Shown here: positions 11,253 through 20,425 of the stretch, in pieces
Numbering within the stretch: position 1 is the first letter of the stretch
Layout of the letters: the number at the start of each line of letters is the position of its first letter
NCBI GenBank assembly: GCA_030141605.1
Contig: JAQGDQ010001881.1
Location: 1 to 22,486, forward strand
Direction: 5' to 3'
Source: Tubiluchus corallicola
Taxonomy: Eukaryota > Animalia > Priapulida
Length of the DNA: 22,486 bases
The notes under the pieces: generated by a model
Told to the model about the DNA's origin: nothing
The model's input: only the letters and a program-made list of their open reading frames with translations
Database searches by the model: none
Made by a program: the position numbers and the translations under genes

Positions 11253-12368
11253 CCCTTTCAGTCCCAAATTATATGTCTCGATCCTTTTCTCGATGTGCGT
11301 GTGATCTCGTGTCTGAGATCCCGTGTGTGTGTGTGTCTAAAACTCAGAGTTTATATCTTGAAGAGCTGACCTTGCTAAAAAATGCACCATGTGGCAAAAC
11401 CGGCGGCAGGTGACATCCCCTGCTATGCGATTTCTGCCTTTACGATCAGCAAGGTGGTCTTCGAATTCTTTTGCTCCGTGAGATCTCTTTCCGTCGTCGG
11501 CAACTCTTTACATTTCTCTTTCTCCAATGTCTCCGAGCGCTGGTAGAGACCTTGGTGACGATCATAAAGTCATCTTCACAAGACATCTGCCTACTACCCT
11601 TCTTCCGTTAATTAACTGTAACTCTGCATGTGGTTACACAAGACAATAGTGTCTTCGCTTAAACAGACATCTGTGTTTCTCTACAATGTGCAATAATTTG
11701 CGTCGCATTAAATCCGTACTTATCAGCTAGATGAGTTTCTGTGTCAACCAATAAATTTATCTTATGAAATCAGGGAGGCATGAGATTTATCAACTGAATC
11801 TAATTCAGTTGATAACTCCATTAATTTACTACCAATTTATCGATTTATAAATTCACAACATATACTTTACTAAACAAAAAGCTAATTACTGGACTTGCAA
11901 AGAGGTATTTGCACATCATTGCATTATTGAGTGTAACAACAAGACAGTTTTTGCACTGCATTCCTGCGTCTATTATTATGAAAATGAATTACAACCGTTT
12001 GTTCCCAATGTATCCTGTGGGATACACAACATTCTTTGTCATGTGCAAAAAACAAAGTCCGACTTTTTAAAAAACACAACAAAAGCATAAAATGTGCTTC
12101 ATTTTACAACTGTTGATAATTTTAAGACATTTAGTATGCATGCTATACTGATCTGTACAAAGTCGTCTCTACAGTACTGTACCTTGCGCAGTTTTTATGC
12201 TATGTAGATTTTCTAGTTTGCCATTTTATCACCATTTTTAGTCTATTGTTATTGGCTTAAATCAAAATAACTATTAACAGATCAAATGACTGTCAGTTTT
12301 AAAATTTTATTAATTTTATAGGCAGAAAATATTCTTGTATCCCACGGGATACAAGGGGTATGAAAGGG
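11253..12368 (-). mobile_element. Non-autonomous piggyBac-type element, long copy B (inverted relative to copy A)
   Basis: TTAA at 11249-11252 and 12369-12372. Termini CCCTTTCAGTCCCAAATTAT...TGAAAGGG. 11998-12368 is the near-identical reverse complement of 8467-8850. Confidence 0.88.
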
Positions 12369-12642
12369 TTAAGTGAGTGTTTTTATTTCTTAACTGCATT
12401 TTTGTTCTTTTTTATTTTTTTTTTTGAAATTACTAGTAAAACAATCACGTATTTAGAACTTTAGCTTTACTGAAAACTTTCTGTTGCTCAGAACATGATT
12501 TTAGGTCTTCATATTACCTGTTTTCAATAGTGCTTAAAATTAGGCAGTCATTTTTGTCTTGACTGCAGTTAATTGCAGTGATGACTCACATTGTGGCAAC
12601 TTCAACACTGTAAATAATGAATCAAGAGTTATAATAGCTTAA

Positions 12643-13172
12643 AGGAAAATCGGACGACTGTTTGAAGTCAATCTCATTTTAATTTACTGTCCAAAACATA
12701 CATTTTCTTGCCTATAAAAAATAGCAATTCTTTCTTATATTTGAATAATTAGTTTAGAAAGTTAATAATTAACGGCAGCCGAACACGGCTATTGCTTACG
12801 TCAGAAACTAACCACCGTTTGTGCAATGGCAGGCATCTTCCGTTGCGCGTCAAGCACGTTCGCGTAAGTGTTTCTGCTTAAACGCGTGATGTCACGAAAA
12901 TGGGCTCTACGTCATATGACATCAGAAACTAACACTGCAGTTCATGATCGTGGTTATCACGGTACCGCCTCTATTTGTGACAAAAAGACGCCGTTGCCAA
13001 TCTTAGTAGATTCACTGAGCCGCGCGTAGCTTTGAAAGTTTAACGAAATTTGAGTATCCGGGGTAATTATTATTTAATCTAAGCTTTGATTTAAAATAAA
13101 CTATTGTAGTTTTCGATATTTTAGAGCATTCTTTATTCTGAACTCGTGTTTACACAATCATCCGGTTTTTCT
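12643..13172. mobile_element. Kolobok-like TTAA MITE with degenerate TIRs
   Basis: TTAA|AGGAAAATCGGACGACTGT... and ...ACAATCATCCGGTTTTTCT|TTAA form imperfect ~22-bp TIRs. Purine-purine start plus TTAA TSD fits Kolobok. Confidence 0.6.
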
Positions 13173-14607
13173 TTAACAAATCACGAATCAGCCACAGACA
13201 TAACAGAATTTTTTCTAGTATACGAATTGTTATAGGAAATTAGTTATTACATTAGATAAAAATGTGTTATAGTTTTAAAAAAGTTATTCTATAGGAGGTA
13301 ATATCAGCGCAAAGCAAAAAATGAACGTTCATTCAAAACTGTTTTGTTATATCCGCAAAAGGATTTATTTTATTTACCCACTTCTGTTTGGAATTCTCTT
13401 TTAGGTTTTCTAGTTTTGATAAGCACAAGTTGTTCTTCGTTTTTCTTGTTGTTTTTTTATTTTTTCCTAAACAAACTCGTGCCGTAGATGATTGTTAGGG
13501 TAATAAGGCCATGGAATTTTCTGGGAAAAATGGCGGCAAATTTGCATTTTGAATTCTCTAGAGAGCAAAAAGTGGAAAGTTGAATTTACCAAAGACGCGA
13601 TAGTACGTGGTTGGATTACTGTGCTCCATACTTGCAGATATTTAATATTTCTTTACAAATCTGTTTAAGCTGTTAAGAGTAAAGTTGTCTTGTAAAGATT
13701 TGCAAAAATCAGCTCAGGTCGTTACGTGAATTCAAGGGCAAGTTAACAGGTAATAATCTTGTGATTTAATAAGATAATTTACGCAGAAGGTGAAGTCATC
13801 TATCTAACCTGTGTGCCATTTTTGTTAAATTTCTACATGGGCATTTTGTACGATCAGACGAGTATGAATGCAGCGTTCTTATGGGAAATGAGTGTGCTCG
13901 ATTAGATACATTATGCTTTGATCAAATACATTTCATCATTAAAACGTAATAGGAGGAACGTAATGTGATAGTACGATACACTAGGGCGATATAGTTCAGT
14001 AACGCACATCTGTGTTTTACTTATAGATATATGGTTGTTTATGTAATAAGCGCTTGTGGTGTATTAGTCTCACTATTACGTTTTACCCAATTGCGCTTAT
14101 ACCTAGCTGCGTAACTGTTTGTAGTGTAGTACCCTTTATGAAATCATTGTTTATTATATGGCTATTATATAAAATTGGAGTCAGTAACTGCTTGTGATGT
14201 GTTATAAAATAATCGCTTTATATGTATATGAATGGACGTATATGCAATTTCCTTGGCGACTAAGAATTTTTTAACACTAGGCGGCTTAAATGTGACCCCC
14301 TAGGGTGCAGTCTAGTTAGTTTATTGGTAAGTACGTCCCTGATAATAGTATAATAGCAATGGCAGACACAGGGCGAGAGCAATCCATTGAAGGAGGCCAA
14401 TGTAATTTGGCGTTTGAAGGAGCTAATGCTTTAACTTTCTCCAAGTCTGATCTCAACTGTATTTTTGAAGATCGAGAACATCTTTAGGACTGTTAAAGTT
14501 AAATTCATGAAAATGTGTAAAAATTTTAGCTATGAAAGAACTTATCTTGAGTTGGTAAATGTGGTATCAACTGAAATTTGCGCATCACGTAGGTTAGTTA
14601 TGGGTAC

Positions 14608-14819
14608 CCTTACTTTACTCACTTTTACTTCTAATTCTGCTACTAATTCACCTAATTCAGCCATGTAGTGAGATGGTGGACCTTACTTTACTCACTTTTA
14701 CTTCTAATTCTGGTGCTAATTCAGCCATGTAGTGAGATGGTGGACCTTACTTTACTCACTTTTACTTCTAATTCTGCTACTAATTCAGCTAATTCAGTCA
14801 TGTAGTGAGATGGTAGACC
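14608..14819. repeat. Three-copy minisatellite (73/64/~75-bp units) just upstream of a splice acceptor
   Basis: Unit CCTTACTTTACTCACTTTTACTTCTAATTCTG...CATGTAGTGAGATGGT(G/A)GA starts at 14608, 14681 and 14745. Confidence 0.92.
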
Positions 14820-14860
14820 GTCCATGTTCATTGTTGCCATTCATTGTATTTATTTTTCAG

Positions 14861-15019
14861 AACGGAGCAAATGTGAATCTGGGTAACAGCAGAGGTAACA
14901 CGCCACTTCACGAAGCTTCCGCCAATAACTATTCCAGTTTAATTCACCTACTGCTAGAGAATGGTGCAGTTGTTACTTCTAAAAATCGTGCACAGCTCAC
15001 ACCGCTGCAGTTAGCACAG
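14861..15019 (+). CDS. ANKRD27: Internal coding exon of ankyrin-repeat protein (ANKRD27/VARP-like)
   Basis: Acceptor tatttttcag|AAC and donor CAG|gtaaat; 159 nt, phase 0-0. Encodes NGANVNLGNSRGNTPLHEASANNYSSLIHLLLENGAVVTSKNRAQLTPLQLAQ, which continues the ankyrin register of the previous exon. It resembles recalled human HGASINASNNKGNTALHEAV...LLLHGASVQVLNKRQRTAVDCAEQ. Confidence 0.9.
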
Positions 15020-15535
15020 GTAAATGGAATAAGTTACAGGTTGATTACAGGTGTTAGCAGAGAATTTGAGCCTCATGACAAATAGAAATGTTATCATAGT
15101 GTAGTTTTTTTTAGTTTTTTTTTGTTATTACATGTTTTAGTACATGTGGTATGTTTTTATTGTTAGAGTTTTCGTTTTCTCTAATTATCGTAAGTCGTGA
15201 GTAACACAGTAAATAAATATATACTGAATCAGTACGTTTCATGTTATTCAAACATGCCGTTCTAAATGAAACGATACTTCCAATAAATAAGCTATGTCAC
15301 GTAACATATGAGTAACATTATCAGCTTATAAAATGACAAAAATAATAATAATAATATAGCTGAAAGTAGTTTCATTTACTTAACGATTTTTAGTTTATAA
15401 ATTATTTCACTTTCTGTTAGAATCTGGCACCTATTTTTGTATCATTTTTAATTTCTATAATTGAGTATGTATCACGTGTTCACGCTGTGCTCTGTTCCTA
15501 GCTTGTCTTCCTTGTACATTCTCTGTTAGCATCCT

Positions 15536-15930
15536 GCAGTGATTCGGTGATCCTGGGGAACCAGTAATTCGGTGATCCTAGGGAACCAGTAATTCGGTGA
15601 TCCTAGGGAACCAGTAATTCGGTGATCCTAGGGAACCAGTAATTCGGTGATCCTAGGGAACCAGTAATTCGGTGATCCTAGGGAACCAGTAATTCGGTGA
15701 CCCTGGGGAACCAGTAATTCGGTGATCCTAGGGAACGTAATGTGTCCTGGGGAACCAGTAATTCGTGATCCTGGGGAACCAGTAATTCGGTGATCCTGGG
15801 GAACCAGTAATTCGGTGATCCTAGACAACCAGTAATTCGGTGATCCTGGGGAACCAGTAATTCGGTGATCCTAGGGAACCAGTAATTCGGTGATCCTAGG
15901 GAACCAGTAATTCGGTGATCCTAGGGAACC
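15536..15930. repeat. 25-bp minisatellite, about 15-16 copies
   Basis: Unit CCAGTAATTCGGTGATCCT(A/G)GGGAA repeated head to tail with few variants and no spacers. Confidence 0.96.
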
Positions 15931-16169
15931 TACTGCTTGACTTTGTTGCTTTCTTCAATCTATATTCTAGCGTTTGTATGCAGAAGCAAAACAAAAGATT
16001 TAATCAGCAAAAAAAGTACAAAGTCATTATAGGAAGACAGTATGTACTACCCCATTTTCAAGTATGATAAAAACTGTACATTTTGACACAATTAATACTG
16101 CAACAGCGTTTTTGATATAATTAAATAACAGATTAAAATCTTAATTAACAGCGGGCGGATCCAACTATT

Positions 16170-16412
16170 GATGACATCACAAACTAACATAATTTTCAAC
16201 AGCAAAAATATTCCACGAGCGCGTTGCACGTGTTTGCAAAAGCGAACATTGAAGTACAGTGCTACTATATGATACTCAGTATTGTACTAAAACTAGGTAA
16301 GTTTTAAGATGAAAATTTTCAAATTTACCGCTGTGCTCACGCATGAGCTGTTGAACGCGTGTAGTTCGTCACGAACTAACACATCTGAACTGAGAAGTAC
16401 AGCACCTGCTGG
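16170..16412 (+). repeat. Dispersed repeat, diverged copy 1 (unclassified)
   Basis: Shares CATCACAAA..AACATAATTTTCAACAGCA, TTTACCGCTGTGCTCACGCATGAGCT and GAACTGAG..GTACAGCACCTG with 18418-18682, in the same orientation. Confidence 0.75.
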
Positions 16413-16505
16413 CTAAATATGAACTATGGGCTAAAGTTTACATTTACCCCCCCCCCCCCTCAACACACAAGAAATTAGAAAGGACAAAAAGGAGGAAAGA
16501 ATGCC

Positions 16506-16511
16506 TTTCTT

Positions 16512-16600
<89 letters not shown>

Positions 16601-16602
16601 TT
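16506..16602. repeat. (CT)n microsatellite
   Basis: Direct reading. Confidence 0.97.
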
Positions 16603-16888
16603 CCATGTTTTTTAATTTGGAGATTTTTTATTCATTGTTACTGTTCTTACAATTAAGAATTAATTTGCTGTATTTTTCAGCCTGTAACCTTTAACAGTCG
16701 TTGACTTTACACTTTCTTGACTCTTTTCTCAATTAAACTCCATTAAGCAGTTGAGTTTGCATGTCTAGTGAGTGATTCATTGATATTTCATACTGACACA
16801 AATACCTGATGGCTATTTTAATCGTGACGTGTGATAAAGCTTTAGAATGTGATTTAATGCGAGGGAGAGATTTAGCGTTTCTGTAAAC

Positions 16889-17379
16889 CAGGGGTGTGCA
16901 AATTATCTGACTAGTCGGGCCACATTAAACTTTCCCACAATTCCTGCGGGCCACAGGCAGTTTGATCAGGGAGCCAAGTACAGAAAGGCCTAATAACGAT
17001 TTTTTTGCATCCGAGCTGCGTACATCATCACTACTACACTCAAGAAACTATTTTAGAAGTTATTAAAATTTATATTACAAACCATATATTTCTACTTTCA
17101 GGACAGATAGTGGTAATTTCATTACAATGCATATTAGTAATGTGTATCACACAGTCTGTGTAGTACAGTGACATTAAGCTACAACCGTCTTGTAAGGGTT
17201 AATGGCATCCGATCTAGTAGAAAAAACTACCCGCACTATCTTTGGGATTGTGGCACGGACTTCAGCTGGATACACTTAATTAATCGCCCGGGCCGCACTT
17301 TCATTAGGTTGACAAACCTCTTCGCTGGCCGCACAAATTCTCTCGGCGGGCCCCGCGGGCCGCAATTTGCACACCCCTG
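16889..17379 (-). mobile_element. hAT MITE copy 3, complete, inverted relative to copies 1 and 2
   Basis: Perfect TIRs CAGGGGTGTGCAAATT...AATTTGCACACCCCTG. TSD CTGTAAAC (16881-16888) / GTGTAAAC (17380-17387), 7 of 8 identical. Confidence 0.93.
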
Positions 17380-17813
17380 GTGTAAACAGACGCGTTTACT
17401 CACGTTGAGGTGTGGCTTGGTCCTTACTATCATTCCCTTCATTGTTATTTTTCAACGTAATTCACAGATTAATTAGAACCAAGTCTTCCTTGCAGCGAGG
17501 CTAATTAATTAAATTGAAAAGCCATTTTGCAAGTCAAGTGATCGTGATAATGCGTGGCGCTGATTCAAATAATACTCACTGAGAAAGTAGTTGAAATAAT
17601 TACCATTTTTGCAGTTTCTTTGCTGCTTTGAATCAGAGTAGTATGGGCAATTACGTCCATGCTGTTTGTAAATTGGAAAATCAAATTTGTATTTGGACTT
17701 GCAGAATCCGTTATAATTGCAAAATTTTCGTTTAGTTTTGTATATTTGTCTATCTATGACTAGATTATAAGTTATCACTGCACAAAAAGTAAAAACAACA
17801 AATCATGTTGAAG

Positions 17814-17913
17814 GAAAACAACGGTTCTCGTCTGATCACCGAAGTTAAGCAACGTAGAGCCGGGTTAGTACTTTGATGGGTGACCGCCTAGGAATACCAG
17901 GTGCTCTAGGCTT
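17814..17913 (+). pseudogene. 5S rRNA: 5S rRNA-derived sequence, about 20 nt missing at the 5' end; probably a SINE head rather than a functional 5S gene
   Basis: CGGTTCTCGTCTGATCACCGAAGTTAAGCAACGTAGAGCCGGGTTAGTACTTTGATGGGTGACCGCCTAGGAATACCAGGTGCTCTAGGCTT follows the invertebrate 5S sequence, with box A (AGTTAAGC) and box C (GATGGGTGACC). Solitary, intronic, and lacks a T4 terminator. Confidence 0.9.
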
Positions 17914-18344
17914 GCGGGATGCCCACACTATCTCGACACTAGGCGGAGGAGCTGCACAAGGCAGCCAACGGCTAGAGGGCGGAGGAGGTCAACTGACCCA
18001 ACGGCCATGTGTAGAGGAGTAAACGTTCCAAATCAGGAGTGGAGCCCCGAAGGCGGACCAGTGCAGCATGCTCACTGACTCTGGCAGCTCCTGCAGCCAA
18101 CCTGGTGCCAAACGTATCGCTCCGCTTTCCTTTGGACTACACCAGGGAGGAAGAGAGGGGGTTCCTGTTGTCTGGGCAACTCAGGATCTCCACACACCTT
18201 GCCCAGGCGTGCGCCCTGGAGACGTTCAAAGATCGCACTGCTCAGCCACAGTCGACGCTGCAACTCCATCAATGTGATCAATAACTGACTCTCTTGGCGC
18301 ACACTCCATTGTCTTCCGAGACAGAAGGATGCCAACCCTATTTT
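17814..18344 (+). mobile_element. Putative 5S-headed SINE (SINE3-type) with structured GC-rich body
   Basis: The 5S head is followed directly by ~430 nt of GC-rich sequence with several helices, a 3' stem-loop TGTCT-TCCG-AGACA, and the first T4 run at 18341-18344. Composition is sharply different from the AT-rich intron. Confidence 0.65.
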
Positions 18345-18417
18345 GAATTGTTGCACAAAATAAACATTTTAACCCAATAATAATGCCATAATAAGTGTTT
18401 CTGCTAAGTAATAGGTT

Positions 18418-18682
18418 ATGTCATCACAAATAAACATAATTTTCAACAGCATAAACATCCCATGAGTGTGTTACACATACGTGGAAATTGAAGTGCAATG
18501 CTGTACAGATGAAGTATGCTGTACTACAATGCTGTACTACATGCTGTACTACAATGTTCAGTGTGGTATATAAAAACTCAGGCAAATTTAAGTTTACCGC
18601 TGTGCTCACGCATGAGCTCCTGAACGTGTGCACTACGTCACAACTGAACAACTCCGAACTGAGTGGTACAGCACCTGTTGTT
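18418..18682 (+). repeat. Dispersed repeat, diverged copy 2 (unclassified)
   Basis: Homologous to 16170-16412. Contains an internal ATGCTGTACTAC(A) mini-tandem. Confidence 0.75.
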
Positions 18683-18956
18683 GTGCAACGCTTTTGCATG
18701 GTGCAGCTATTATTACTCATCTAGCTAGCAAAAAGCAAAATGTGTGTAAGAGTGAAGAACTAGCTTCGCGAATGTGTAATTACCACATTCTGTGATAATT
18801 CACGTAAGTCTTTCTTGTTTGTTGTGAATAAAAATGTACAGTTGATGTAACTTGCTTGATTTGTCGTCTTGAACATGATGTCCTTTCCTTTTCCTTCTCT
18901 TTTTCCCTTTTTTTTCTGCTCTTGTGGGTGAAAATGATTGATTATTTTGTCTCCAG

Positions 18957-19167
18957 AGTGATGCTGTGTTGTGTGCACTGGACAGAAACATAGAGCATCC
19001 TTCTTCGTTGTCCTCTTCCTCTGCCTCTGCATCATCATTGACGCTGGACATAAGTCAGAGGAAATCATCCAGCGTGGCTGATATATCTGATACGCGGACT
19101 TTCTCACAAGACGATGGCACTTCGGCGGTATCAGGATTGGCGAGCCCAAGGCTCTGCGAACTCCAAG
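18957..19167 (+). CDS. ANKRD27: Penultimate coding exon, Ser-rich C-terminal tail of the ankyrin protein
   Basis: Acceptor ttttgtctccag|AGT and donor CAAG|gtaacg; 211 nt, phase 0-1. Open frame SDAVLCALDRNIEHPSSLSSSSASASSLTLDISQRKSSS...LASPRLCELQ(G). Confidence 0.75.
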
Positions 19168-19659
19168 GTAACGTGGTTTCTTTGTCAATGAAAATGACGG
19201 AATAGATTGTGAAATTATGAAAGAATGCCAAAATAAATAAATTGATATGACACTATGTGATCCAGTAGCTTGTTTGTGTGGCATTTCGGAATACTCCTCT
19301 GTTGTAACTCTATAAAACTGTCTATTTCATCATGACTTTGTTCTTGTTAATCATGTAATAGGGTTTTAGTCAGTTTTTCTATTGTGACGTCACAATAGAA
19401 TTATTCCATATTTTAAATTTTCATCACAAAACGGATTCCATAGCAACAACGATTGGTGTTCTAAAGCACAAATCCACAGATAACGTGAAAAGAAAGTTTG
19501 GCAGAAAAAAATTAACAAGTGGAGTACCTAAAATTGTTACTTGCCTAGAATTTTCAAACAATATTTCATCATTTTCCTACGATTTTTATCAGTTATTTAC
19601 AGTTTCGTAGAATGTTCTTTCACACAGCGAATAGTTTTTTATTTCAACTTCACTGCTAG

Positions 19660-19832
19660 GTGCTACAAATACGTGGCCAAAACGGAGAAGCGCTAAACTT
19701 GGGGGCATCTTTGATGCACTTCGACGGTCCAGCCGAGACGAGGGCATTTCGTCCGGAAGCAAGACACCTGACCTGCAGCGGGAGGAACAGGACAAGGCTC
19801 TAGGATCGAGTTCAGAGAACGCCGAAAGATAA
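19660..19832 (+). CDS. ANKRD27: Terminal coding exon of the ankyrin protein
   Basis: Acceptor cttcactgctag|GT completes the phase-1 Gly codon. Open frame (G)ATNTWPKRRSAKLGGIFDALRRSSRDEGISSGSKTPDLQREEQDKALGSSSENAER ends at TAA 19830-19832. GC-rich island followed by AT-rich UTR-like sequence. Confidence 0.72.
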
Positions 19833-20425
19833 TTATAGTGAAATCGTCGACTGTTTCGTCTGTTCTTAGCAAAATTGAACAAATTACGTTAATGTCGTTG
19901 GAATATACGTGCTGTTGAATTATATTGTGCTGTGATATATTTCATCTGTTCATCTATAGCGGCTAGGATTTAATAACAGAAATGTAGTTGTACATAAAGC
20001 AGCGCTTGTACTAGTCACGAGTCAGTTTAGTAATCTGAGAACTTTTTTCAAAAACATTTAATGGCATCTCCATTTTTTCGAAAAAAAAAATTAGATTTAA
20101 ATTTACAGTGTGCAGTTCTTCGTACTGTCTATTACTTTTCTCTACCTGCTCTTGAATTTTGTGAAGTTTAAAATGATAAATTCTTGGTAACTGATTGTAA
20201 GTCAGACAGGGGTGTTATATTCATTTTTTTAAGTGATTTGAAATTAGAACTCGTGATTTAAGCTGTGTAACGTGTTTGTCTGGTAGGCAATTTCACAAGA
20301 CAATTTTTCGTGAAACTCAAGTTCATCAAGGAAGTGGATCAGTTCCCTTTATTGTACTTTGAAAAGTGGCTGGTGCTGATGAGTAAGTCCTGACGTATCT
20401 ATATGAGTTTTATGTGATACCGTAA

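Noticed and set aside
15536-15930. CRISPR-like array
   Set aside because: Units are contiguous with no unique spacers, the context is a eukaryotic intron, and there are no cas genes.
18039-18356. Three overlapping ORFs in the GC-rich SINE body
   Set aside because: Expected from high GC content; no domain similarity and no splice signals linking them to the gene.
17780-18360. TGCACAAAA at 17780-17788 and 18352-18360 as the TSD of the 5S element
   Set aside because: The left copy is about 25 nt from the start of 5S similarity and the motif is low-complexity. Possible but not supportable.
18760-19284. 174-aa and 83-aa minus-strand ORFs (also 19589-19882)
   Set aside because: Antisense shadows of the + strand coding exons and their pyrimidine tracts.
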